Origin: Candidatus Binatia bacterium
GTDB lineage: Bacteria > Desulfobacterota > Binatia > Bin18
DNA length: 64,000 nucleotides
Assembly (NCBI GenBank): GCA_963664395.2
Contig: OY761159.2
Span: forward strand, 2,464,001 to 2,528,000
Direction of reading: 5' to 3'
The notes under the pieces are model-generated. The model saw nothing but the letters and a program-made list of their open reading frames with translations, was not told where the DNA came from and ran no database searches. Positions 1 to 8,559 of the stretch are shown here, piece by piece. The number at the start of each line of letters is the position of its first letter. Position 1 is the first letter of the stretch. Made by a program: the position numbers and the translations under genes.

Positions 1-416
1 GTGGGCGGCGGTCTTGCGTTCGACCAGCGCGCTGGAAATGTTCCGCAGACAATACCACCAAATCTCGCCTGACAATATTATTGATTTTCTCGTGCTCGAT
101 CGCGAGTTCCCGCGTGCCATTCATTACTGTCTGGCCCAGGCGCAGGACTCGTTGCACGCGCTTTCCGGGACGCCGGCCGGTACCTTTCGGAATCCGGCCG
201 AACAGCACTTGGGCCAACTCCGCGCCGAACTCGCCTATATCGGAGTGAAACAGATTCTCAACCAGGGACTGCATGAATTCCTTGACGCGCTGCAAACCAA
301 ATTGAATCTGATCGGAGACGGGATTTTTGAGACCTTCTTTGCCCTGCGGCCGATTGGTGGGACGGAGCGTACAACGTCACCCCCCCCAAGGAATCTTCAC
401 AGGAGGCAGAACATGA
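1..416 (+). CDS. Alpha-E (DUF403-type) domain protein, 3' part, truncated by the window edge; reads through into the next gene
   Basis: LRSTSALEMFRR...FLVLDREFPRAIHYCL...LHEFLDALQ...IFETFF is typical of the alpha-E C-terminus. Removing one C from the C8 run (380-387) would end it at TGA 414-416. Confidence 0.75.
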
Positions 417-772
417 CGTTTTGTCTAGGGATGAATCTGCAAGGCGGGTTGGTTGGGATTGCCGATACGCGGGTGATTGCCGGCAATGAACGCATCACGG
501 CCCGTAAAGTGTCTGTGTTCCAGAAAGAACGCCGGGCCATGTTTCTCATGAGTTCCGGGCTGCGCTCGGCGCGGGACAGCCATCGGATCATCCAGCACCG
601 CTACGAGAAGGAAGACCTCCAGGACCTGTCCACCGTTTGGCAGGAAGGGCTGCGGCGCTCGATCAATAATCTATCCGCCGACTGGGTTGAGCACGCCTTT
701 GACAAGCTGGCGCTGCCGGCCGACAACCCCAGCCTGCTGTTACCCGCGCCCAACGGGGCGGACCGCGTGTAA
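413..772 (+). pseudogene. Proteasome-type (Anbu-like) Ntn peptidase with a large internal deletion
   Basis: RBS AGGAGG at 401-406. N-terminus MTFCLG...GLVGIADTR...RKV (Thr2 nucleophile) joins directly to the C-terminal HRYEKEDL...WQEGLRRSI segment; only about 119 aa. Confidence 0.7.
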
Positions 773-795
773 ACCCTTACCCCTCCCGCTGGGGA

Positions 796-970
796 CTGGA
801 TGCCGGGTCACGCCCGGCATGACGTTGAGCTGTCCCGTCCGTCATTCCTGCGCACGCAGGAATCCAGCGTTCGGCACGGCGGCGCGGTCGCGGGTAGGCT
901 GCGGGCAAGATGCCCGCGCTCCCAGGGAGGGCAATCCCGTAGGCCGGATTAGCCGGAGGCGTAATCCGAC
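796..970. repeat. Cluster of REP-like palindromes (CGTC-type and GTAG-type)
   Basis: Hairpins ctggatgccgggtcacgcccggcatgac (796-823), gtcattcctgcgcacgcaggaatccag (841-867), gcgggcaagatgcccgc and gtaggccggattagccggaggcgtaatccgac (939-970). Related copies at 40251-40326. Confidence 0.7.
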
Positions 971-1587
971 GGCCCCCGGGCGACAGGGAGTCCGTTGAAA
1001 AAGTCCTTCAAATCGATGAAGGAGTTGACCGATTTCTTGAGATTCGCAGCCATCTGGTCCTCCACGTTTGCCGCTTCTACACGTATCCCCTTCCGACGCA
1101 ATTTCTCCGCAAGATAGGCAAAATCCTGATCGCCTGTCACCAATATTACCACGTCCGGGTTGACATCGATTGCGAACTCCAAGGCGTCCATGGCCATCAA
1201 AACATCAACGTTGGCCGAAAAATGGGGGTTCCCATCCTCGTCACCATCGGTTCGCTTGCCATGATGCACGACGGTCATAATCCCGTTGTGCTCTAAAACG
1301 TCTTTTGTCTTGTGCATTGCATCCGTGACGTTTCTCCAATTCGGCGGCATGTCCCTCACGTCAGGGGGGAAGCCGAAATAAACGACCATTTCGATCAGCA
1401 TTCTGTCTTTGTCGGGGTCGGCCAGATACTTTTTCAATTTAATGAGATCTGCAAACCGTCCTCGCGATTGCGCCGCGTGGTAGAAGTTCGCTTGGTCAAC
1501 GAAGATCATGACTCTTTGCATCAATGCTCTCTCCTCTTGATACATCTCCTCAGGCAGGGAGACGGTTTGCAGAGATTGTTCAACCAC
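949..1587 (-). CDS. NYN domain (LabA/DUF88, PIN-fold) protein
   Basis: IFVDQANF, NVDVLMAMDA, ILVTGDQDF, LRRKGIRVE and SFIDL motifs; start may be at MQRVMIF. Confidence 0.85.
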   Translation of the reverse strand: MVEQSLQTVSLPEEMYQEERALMQRVMIFVDQANFYHAAQSRGRFADLIKLKKYLADPDKDRMLIEMVVYFGFPPDVRDMPPNWRNVTDAMHKTKDVLEHNGIMTVVHHGKRTDGDEDGNPHFSANVDVLMAMDALEFAIDVNPDVVILVTGDQDFAYLAEKLRRKGIRVEAANVEDQMAANLKKSVNSFIDLKDFFNGLPVARGPSDYASG

Positions 1588-1740
1588 AATCTATCTTGCT
1601 TGTAGTGAGAACAAAACGAGTATAGCCCATAAGAGGCGCATCTTTTTGGCCAAGTAGAATGCAGGTTAATAGCAACGAATGCCCTCGTTTCAACGGTTGG
1701 TTGAGCCGTTTGGAATCCCTGGACTAAACAATACGCGCGG

Positions 1741-2613
1741 CTACGGCATGCGCTCCACGGTTACGGCAACGGCAAGGGTATGGCTGCCACCGCCAACAAT
1801 GACGCCCTTCAATGGGGTCACGTCACTGTAGTCCCGGCCCCAAGCGACGGTAATATGTTGATCGGTGGGAATGCTATTATTGGTGGGATCAAAATCTATC
1901 CAGCCCTGCCCAGGACAATATACCGACACCCAGGCATGAGAGGCAGCGGCACCAATGAGTTGGCCGTCCGGCGCAGAGGTTTCGAGATAGCCGCTGACGT
2001 AGCGCGCGGCAATGCCCTGGGCACGCAAACAGCCGATAGCCACATGGGCAAAATCCTGACAGACGCCTCGGCGATGCTGGAGCACTTCGTCGAGTGGCGT
2101 CGAGACTGTTGTCGCGTCGGGTTCGTAGGTAAACTCCTGATAGATGCGCTGCACGAGGTCGGCCACGGCTTCCAAGAGCGGTCTATTCGGAACAAAAGAC
2201 GCCGCCGCGTACGCGGCCAGCGCAGCACTGCGGTGGACCAAGGGCGAGTCGAGCAGGAATTGTCGAGCTTCGATCCCTTCCGGACTGGTGTCTCCGGCCA
2301 CGGCTTGGCGCACCTCTTCCCACACAAGAGAAGCCCAGAGCCAGCGTGCTGCGGCCTGCACGATCAGGACCTCGCTCTGGGCGGTTACTGATAACGTCAC
2401 ATGTGGTTCTTGGACGGCAAAATATGTGACTCGATTCCCGAAAAAATCTTCCCGGTCTCGATAGACCGTAGGCGAAGGCTGAATGCGGAGCTGCCCGTGC
2501 TCGTACTGTTGCCGCGGTGTGGAGCGAGGGAGTAGGTGCGCCTCGTTCTGGCACTGCGAAACCGACACATTATAGCGGTATTCAGTGGTGTGGGTAATGC
2601 GATAGCGTATCAT
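1741..2613 (-). CDS. Transglutaminase family protein
   Basis: YRITHTTEYRY N-terminus; GVCQDFAH (Cys), SHAWVSVY (His), DFDPTN (Asp), GRDYSDVTP. Confidence 0.92.
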   Translation of the reverse strand: MIRYRITHTTEYRYNVSVSQCQNEAHLLPRSTPRQQYEHGQLRIQPSPTVYRDREDFFGNRVTYFAVQEPHVTLSVTAQSEVLIVQAAARWLWASLVWEEVRQAVAGDTSPEGIEARQFLLDSPLVHRSAALAAYAAASFVPNRPLLEAVADLVQRIYQEFTYEPDATTVSTPLDEVLQHRRGVCQDFAHVAIGCLRAQGIAARYVSGYLETSAPDGQLIGAAASHAWVSVYCPGQGWIDFDPTNNSIPTDQHITVAWGRDYSDVTPLKGVIVGGGSHTLAVAVTVERMP

Positions 2614-2634
2614 CGTGAGGTAGGGCGCGTTTAC

Positions 2635-5175
2635 TCATTTTGCCGTCAACTGTTGCTGCACTTCAATATGGCTGAAATAGTCACGACTCAAGGTCTCCGA
2701 CAGCGCGAGCAAGCGCGTGCTTAGGTCGGCAAACAGTTGGCCCAGCGTCTCATCCATGTCTGCGTTCCAGTTGGACTGAGAAAATCGTTCCATGTCTGTC
2801 ACCCGTAAGGTCGTGAGCGCCTCCAAAACGATACGTTCTTCTGCGCTGTAGTGTGGCAGGGTCTTCTTGCGAGGCAGACCAGCCATCTGGTCCTGTATTT
2901 GAACGAGTTGGTACCCAACCGAACGTGGGTTGCTCTCGTCGAGCAAGAGCAGGTCCAACACGGCCCCGGCCTCTGTGGCTGACGCGTAGCGACGCCGATA
3001 CGTCATCAGGCTGTCGGTCATGGCCAGCACCATCTCCCAGACGACTTTTTCCGTCTCGTGCGGCAGCTCACAGCCCGTCCGCAAGAGGTTGAGCGTATAC
3101 AGCGCCCGTTCCAGCCGCCGTCCGATTTCCATAAACCGAAATCCGTGGCCGCGGGCCATGCTTTCGGTATTCAAACCGTTTACCGAGGCCAGTCCGATAA
3201 TCAGGCCTTCCAGGCTTTCGAGCATCTCACTCAAAGACTTGACCTGTGGTAACTCGCGGTCAAGCCGGTTTACTGCCCGCCAGGCATCATCAGAGAGCCG
3301 GTCGCGCGCGGCCTGCCCGGCGCGGAGTAAGGCATTCAGATGAAAACGCAGACTCCCAGGTTGATCGGCGTCCAGAATCGTCGCGAACAATTCCTTCTCG
3401 GCAATAGCAAGCCGCCGTTGCTGCCCGTACCCGACAAACCGCAGATAAGTAGTGGTGCTGTGGGTGCAGGCCGAAAGGAAGGCCGAGAGGGAGGTATCAT
3501 ACCGCGTGGTCTCGGTATCCAGCACACGCTGGAGGACTTCGCGAAAGACGCGGGCGCCCCCAGCGGTCCGTTCGACATAGCGTCCGAGCCAGAACAGATT
3601 ATCCGCCATCCGGCTGGGCACTTCCCCCCCGCTTCGAGTAATCGCCACGGAGTGCTCAAGAGCCGGGATGAGGCTGAACTGACTTTCGGGCTCTGAGGCA
3701 AGAATCCAGGTATCCTTGCTCAGACCACCGGCCTGACCGGATACCTGCCAACTGTCCGCAGTCGGCGCGACCCGCGTCAGCCCGCCCGGCATGGCCACAT
3801 AGCCATCGTCTCGGGAGACCAGGAAACTGCGCAACACCATGGGCCGTGGCTCTAAGCGGTCTCCGGTAAACACCGGTGTTGTCGATAACGCCACCTGTTC
3901 CTGGCCGACAAAGAAGTGGGGACGAGCCCTGATGTGCTGAATAAGGCTGTCGCGTTCTTGGGCGCTCAACTGTGCGCCATAGACGGTTGCCGTACCGGGG
4001 AGAGGGAAGACGGGTTTGATGACCAGTTGTTCGATATGGTCCACGACATATGCCAGCGCTTGTTCTTCGCCGCACCACCAGGTGGGGACCGAGGCCAAGC
4101 GCAGATCCTGCCCAAGTAAAACTTTGGCGACCCGGGGCAGATAGGCCATCAGTCCGGGGTTTTCGAGTACGCCGCTGCCCAGCGGGTTGGCAACCATGAC
4201 ACTGTTATTTCTCACTGTCTGGAGCAGACCAGGAGGGCCTAACAGCGACTCTCGGTGTAATTCCAAAGGATCACAAAAAGTGTCGTCCACCCGCCGGACG
4301 AGTACGCCAACCGGTTGCAGTCCGTCTACCGTCTTCAACCAGAGGTGGCCATCGCGGACCGTCAGGTCGTCTCTCTGGACGAGCGCATAATCCAGATAGT
4401 TGGCCAAATAGGCGTGTTCAAAATACGTTTCGTTCTGCGGACCGGGGGTTAAGAGAGCCGTCCGGGTCTGGGATTGGTGGGGCGGTGTCAGGGCGGCTAA
4501 GGTCGAGCGCAGGGTTCGGAAAAAAAGGGACAAGCGGTGGACCTGAGCGTCTCGATACAGGCTGGGTAGAACCCGCGATAACACTAATCGATTTTCCAGG
4601 GCGTAGCCGGCTCCGGACGGCGCCTGCGTCCGGTCATCCAGCACCCTGATTGTGCCATCGGGAGCCCTGGCCAGGTCGGCAGCGTACAGGCACAGATACC
4701 GGGCCGGCGTAGGCAGTGCTCCGTGACAGGGGCGCAGGAAACCGGGATGGGTATAGATCAACTCGGGCGGGAGCAGGCCGTCGCGAATGAGTTGCTGTGG
4801 ACCATACAGGTCCGCTCCGATGAGATTGAGCAGTTCTGCCCGCTGCACGAGGCCCTGTTCAATAGTCCGCCACTCTTGGCTGCTGAGGAGTGCGGGTATG
4901 ACGTCAAGCGCCCACGGCCGCGTGCGTCCCTGTGTGTCCGTATAGACGTTGTAAGTAACCCCATTTTCGCGCAAGACTTGTTGCACTTCGTCCCGCCGGC
5001 GACCCAGCTCTTCCCCGCCCAGAGCACTGAAAGCGCGCGTGGCGTATTGCCAGTGGGGGCGTACAGTGCCTGGGGCTGAACACATTTCATCGAAGCGGGC
5101 TGATGACACGGGATAGTGGGCCAGCGCATCGCCAAGCGTGTCTCTCCGAACACCGGTCTCCGCGGACTCAGGCAT
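2635..5175 (-). CDS. Circularly permuted type 2 ATP-grasp protein fused to an alpha-E domain
   Basis: RTQAPSGAGYALENR, YFEHAYLA, RRVDDTFCDPLEL, MPGGLTRV, SKDTWI; alpha-E part SRMADNLFWLGRYVER, GRRLER, DESNPRSV. Confidence 0.92.
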   Translation of the reverse strand: MPESAETGVRRDTLGDALAHYPVSSARFDEMCSAPGTVRPHWQYATRAFSALGGEELGRRRDEVQQVLRENGVTYNVYTDTQGRTRPWALDVIPALLSSQEWRTIEQGLVQRAELLNLIGADLYGPQQLIRDGLLPPELIYTHPGFLRPCHGALPTPARYLCLYAADLARAPDGTIRVLDDRTQAPSGAGYALENRLVLSRVLPSLYRDAQVHRLSLFFRTLRSTLAALTPPHQSQTRTALLTPGPQNETYFEHAYLANYLDYALVQRDDLTVRDGHLWLKTVDGLQPVGVLVRRVDDTFCDPLELHRESLLGPPGLLQTVRNNSVMVANPLGSGVLENPGLMAYLPRVAKVLLGQDLRLASVPTWWCGEEQALAYVVDHIEQLVIKPVFPLPGTATVYGAQLSAQERDSLIQHIRARPHFFVGQEQVALSTTPVFTGDRLEPRPMVLRSFLVSRDDGYVAMPGGLTRVAPTADSWQVSGQAGGLSKDTWILASEPESQFSLIPALEHSVAITRSGGEVPSRMADNLFWLGRYVERTAGGARVFREVLQRVLDTETTRYDTSLSAFLSACTHSTTTYLRFVGYGQQRRLAIAEKELFATILDADQPGSLRFHLNALLRAGQAARDRLSDDAWRAVNRLDRELPQVKSLSEMLESLEGLIIGLASVNGLNTESMARGHGFRFMEIGRRLERALYTLNLLRTGCELPHETEKVVWEMVLAMTDSLMTYRRRYASATEAGAVLDLLLLDESNPRSVGYQLVQIQDQMAGLPRKKTLPHYSAEERIVLEALTTLRVTDMERFSQSNWNADMDETLGQLFADLSTRLLALSETLSRDYFSHIEVQQQLTAK

Positions 5176-5236
5176 ATCCCCTCCTCCGATTGCCCATTAT
5201 CGTATGTGTACGCAGCCTGGCAACCTTCTACCCCGT

Positions 5237-5281
5237 CCAGGTTTGCCAGGTTTGCCAGGTCTGCCAGGTCTGCCAGGTCTG
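5237..5281. repeat. 9-bp tandem repeat (ccaggtYtg) x5
   Basis: Directly visible in the intergenic region between pfkA and the ATP-grasp gene. Confidence 0.9.
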
Positions 5282-5308
5282 GTGTGAACGTTGTGCAGGA
5301 TTTGCAAG

Positions 5309-6424
5309 CTACACTTTTGCGGTATAGCGGTTGGTGTCATACAAGCGCTCAAGGTCTACGGTGTTGAGCCCGCCGACGGCTTGACTGAGGGGGACCAGGC
5401 TGAGCCGGCAGGTTGGGCCAATGCCCTGCGCACTGACCATCTGCCCCCAGTCGCCGCGCAGCACGGCTTCGACGGCTGTCGTGCCAAACATCCGCCCCAT
5501 AATCCGGTCCAGCGCCGACGGACTGCCGCCGCGCTGGCTATGGCCGATTACCAACTCGCGTGAATCAAAAGGCGTGTCGCGGCGAATCCGGTGGGCGAGT
5601 TGACTCCCAATGCCGCCCAATCGTTCATGCCCGAATGCATCCCGGCTGGCATCCAGGGTCACCACGCCCTCCTCATCCGCGTGGGCGCCTTCGGCCGCCA
5701 CAATCACCGCATAGCGGGGGTAACGCCGGTCCTGCTCGCCACGCGCCAGACGTTGGGTCACCAATTCATAGACCCGTTCGTAGGTAAACGGATACTCGGG
5801 GATCAGGGTCAGGGTCGCGCCCCCGGCGACTGCACTCCACAGGGCCAGATGACCGGCATGCCGGCCCATGACCTCGACTACCTGCACCCAATGGTGCGAG
5901 CCGGCCGGGGTGCGCGCCTGCTCGATGATACTGGTGCAGTTGCGCAGGGCGGTATCAAACCCCAGGGTGTAGTCGGTGTGGCTGAGGTCTTTATCAATCG
6001 TTTTCGGAATGCCCACCACCTGGCAGCCCTTTTCACTCAGCCGGTGCGCCACGCCCAGGGTATCTTCTCCGCCCAAGGCGATAACAGCATCCAGGCCAAG
6101 CCGGGCGATATTGGCCAGGACTTCATCCGACCGGTCGTGGGGACGATTGTGCGCACTCGCATCGTCCGGCACTGTCACGCGAAACGGGTTGGTGCGCGAC
6201 GAGCCCAGATTGGTGCCCCCATCGCGGTCCCAGCGCCGAACCTGGTAATCCTCCAGCCGCCCGGCCTCGCCGACCCCTGCGTCGAGTAAACCGTACCAGC
6301 CATCGGGCAGCCCCAGCACTTCCACGCCCTCGGCTGTGGCCCGATAGACAATCGCCTTGAGCGCCGGGTTCAAGCCTGGGGCATCGCCCCCGCCCGTTAA
6401 CACTCCAATTCTTCGTATGCGCAT
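5309..6424 (-). CDS. pfkA: 6-phosphofructokinase (PfkA family)
   Basis: GVLTGGGDAPGLN, GGTNLGSSR, LGGEDT, PKTID, EVMGRHAGH, GHSQRGG. Confidence 0.92.
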   Translation of the reverse strand: MRIRRIGVLTGGGDAPGLNPALKAIVYRATAEGVEVLGLPDGWYGLLDAGVGEAGRLEDYQVRRWDRDGGTNLGSSRTNPFRVTVPDDASAHNRPHDRSDEVLANIARLGLDAVIALGGEDTLGVAHRLSEKGCQVVGIPKTIDKDLSHTDYTLGFDTALRNCTSIIEQARTPAGSHHWVQVVEVMGRHAGHLALWSAVAGGATLTLIPEYPFTYERVYELVTQRLARGEQDRRYPRYAVIVAAEGAHADEEGVVTLDASRDAFGHERLGGIGSQLAHRIRRDTPFDSRELVIGHSQRGGSPSALDRIMGRMFGTTAVEAVLRGDWGQMVSAQGIGPTCRLSLVPLSQAVGGLNTVDLERLYDTNRYTAKV

Positions 6425-6459
6425 GCTTACCTCGTACTGTGAACCCGTCTATCTGCGTG

Positions 6460-7941
6460 CTAAAACTTCAACGTCGTCTCAATATAGCCGAAATTGGCGC
6501 TATCGTCGGGATAGATCTGGTCCACGATGCTGTCGCCAAAGACGTGGGCAAAAAAGACGTTGATGTTGATGTGCTTGTTCAGGTTGTAGCTGAGGCTGGT
6601 CTCGATAATCTGAAACAGGTCCCGCTTGCCAAAGGTCGGGCGGCCGACAAAGCCGAAGCCGGCCTGCCGACCTCCCAGGGTTGCGCCAGCACCCTGGTAC
6701 CACAGGTCGTTCTTCTCGCTGACGCGAATATAGTGAAAATCCGTGCGCCAGACCAACCCTTCGAGCGGCCGCAGCATGAGTTGGAAAAAGATGTCTTCGT
6801 TATTCATCAGGTTATAGAAGGTCGAAAAGGAATAGACCCGGGCGGTCGGCAGCATCTGGAAAAAGGTGTCGTGGTCGCCGTCGTTGGGGTCGTCGTCACC
6901 CGAACTGAGGTTGTAGCCAATACGGAACCAGGGTTTCCACGGCAGCCCGCTGGGTTGCCAGCCGGCCTCGGCGGCAAACGCCCAGCCGTTGTGGTCTTGG
7001 CTACCCCAGTCGCCGCCCTGCACCACGCCCCAGCCCATCAGGTCAATCGGGCCGGCTCCGGTCGGCACGACATGAATCAGGTGGCCGCCGCCGGTGTTGA
7101 TAGCCAGGTGCCGGCGGTTGCGGACGGCGGCTGGCCGGTTATCGGTGGGCCGTAGATTCCGCCCGTCAGCGTAGTAGATGTAGAACAGCCGCGCGTCGGT
7201 CGTCTTGGCGAACTCGGGCCGGGTGAGGTTGAAGCCGGCGTACAGGATGTCGATATCGTCAATGGTCTTATTACCGGCCAGGTCAAAACCGGCCTGGGTC
7301 GGATGGGAGCCGTGCAGCGTAAAATTGTAGGCGTCCTTGGTCCAGCTCAGGGTGAAGCCGTCATACGAACGCCCGACGTGGGACCAGCCAAAGGGGCCGA
7401 GCAGACGCTGCGAGATGCGCATTTTCTTGACCCAGTCGATGGTGGGGTCCTTGCTCAGCACTTCCGCGCCTTCGGCGATCGAGTGCCGCCCGCCTCTCAG
7501 GCTGAGGCCGGGCACGCCGAGTTGCTTCAGGGTCAGGTGGGCCTGTTTGAGAAACACGCTGGCATCGCTCTGACGACGATTATGGGACAGATAGACGGGA
7601 CCCAGGCCGAAGGCGCCCTGCGGGGCGGGAGCGCTGGCGTCATCGGGCAGGCCCATCAGGGCCGTGTTTTGCGCCTCAAGGTGCAGGTCGAACAGGTCCT
7701 GCTGCCATTTCAGGCCCAGCTTGGCCACGGTGGCCGCATAGGCATACGATGAATCGCCCGAGGGGCCTTTGAACCAGTCCCAGAACTCGCCCCGCGCGCG
7801 CAGGCTGGCGAAAACTGACAGCTTTGGGGAAATCTGGGTGATTGGGACTTCGGCCTGAAGCGGAGTGGGCCATACAATAAGGAGCCAGAGGACGAGCAGC
7901 AAGGGACGCTGGATGAGAGCAGATGCCTTCCGATAGGTCAT
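6460..7941 (-). CDS. Alginate-export-family outer-membrane beta-barrel protein
   Basis: Signal peptide, alternating aromatic beta-strands, SSGDDDPNDGDHDTFFQMLPT motif, C-terminal Phe. Confidence 0.75.
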   Translation of the reverse strand: MTYRKASALIQRPLLLVLWLLIVWPTPLQAEVPITQISPKLSVFASLRARGEFWDWFKGPSGDSSYAYAATVAKLGLKWQQDLFDLHLEAQNTALMGLPDDASAPAPQGAFGLGPVYLSHNRRQSDASVFLKQAHLTLKQLGVPGLSLRGGRHSIAEGAEVLSKDPTIDWVKKMRISQRLLGPFGWSHVGRSYDGFTLSWTKDAYNFTLHGSHPTQAGFDLAGNKTIDDIDILYAGFNLTRPEFAKTTDARLFYIYYADGRNLRPTDNRPAAVRNRRHLAINTGGGHLIHVVPTGAGPIDLMGWGVVQGGDWGSQDHNGWAFAAEAGWQPSGLPWKPWFRIGYNLSSGDDDPNDGDHDTFFQMLPTARVYSFSTFYNLMNNEDIFFQLMLRPLEGLVWRTDFHYIRVSEKNDLWYQGAGATLGGRQAGFGFVGRPTFGKRDLFQIIETSLSYNLNKHININVFFAHVFGDSIVDQIYPDDSANFGYIETTLKF

Positions 7942-8142
7942 TTCGGTGTATCTGGTGTGTTCTGTAGAACTGCTTAGGCATCGTATCATTACTCTCTCCT
8001 CCTCGTCTGTATGCTTTGCCCAGCGCTTCGGTAGAGCAAAACAGGCTAAGCAATGTTGGAGTCAAACACAAGATACGGGAGCGCGTGTGTTCCTGATCCT
8101 TGCGCGGCTTGCGAATGTAGAAAAAGGGGACGCTATTTGACT

Positions 8143-8272
8143 GGAAAAGAGAGGGAGGGGCGGGGGCGGTTGGAGGGACAACCGCCCCCGGGGCAGCCTA
8201 GAAGAGAGTGGAAGGAAGGGCAACTCTCTTCATCAAGCTCAATCAAGAGCTCTGATTCACACGTAGGTAACT
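8143..8272 (-). ncRNA. Candidate sigma-54-dependent small RNA or structured leader
   Basis: Lies downstream of a -24/-12 motif; three hairpins, including a perfect 12-bp GC stem (8161-8190) followed by a pyrimidine/U tract; no credible ORF. Confidence 0.4.
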
Positions 8273-8282
8273 AGGTAACAAG

Positions 8283-8298
8283 AGCAGGAAGTATGCCA
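8283..8298 (-). promoter_or_regulatory. Sigma-54 (-24/-12) promoter
   Basis: Minus strand TGGCAT-ACTTC-CTGCT, with correct GG-N10-GC spacing. Confidence 0.55.
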
Positions 8299-8559
8299 AG
8301 CTGAAGGAGCGGAAAAGGCTGTATTTTTGGGTTGCCGCCGTTTTGAGGTGCCCATCTTTTCAGCATTACTGTGTTGCTTCCTGAGCAATCCGTGGGCGGG
8401 GGCAATACTTTCCTCGGAGATTGTCTGCCGGGGAACAAAATCACATACGATACTGCTCGAACAGCAGCATATTCTGGTCAGGCGCTTTTGACTTTGAGTG
8501 GTCTCAAGGGATAAAGAAGGCAGGCAGGTAAATACGAGCCCGCTACTGGTCATACGCGT

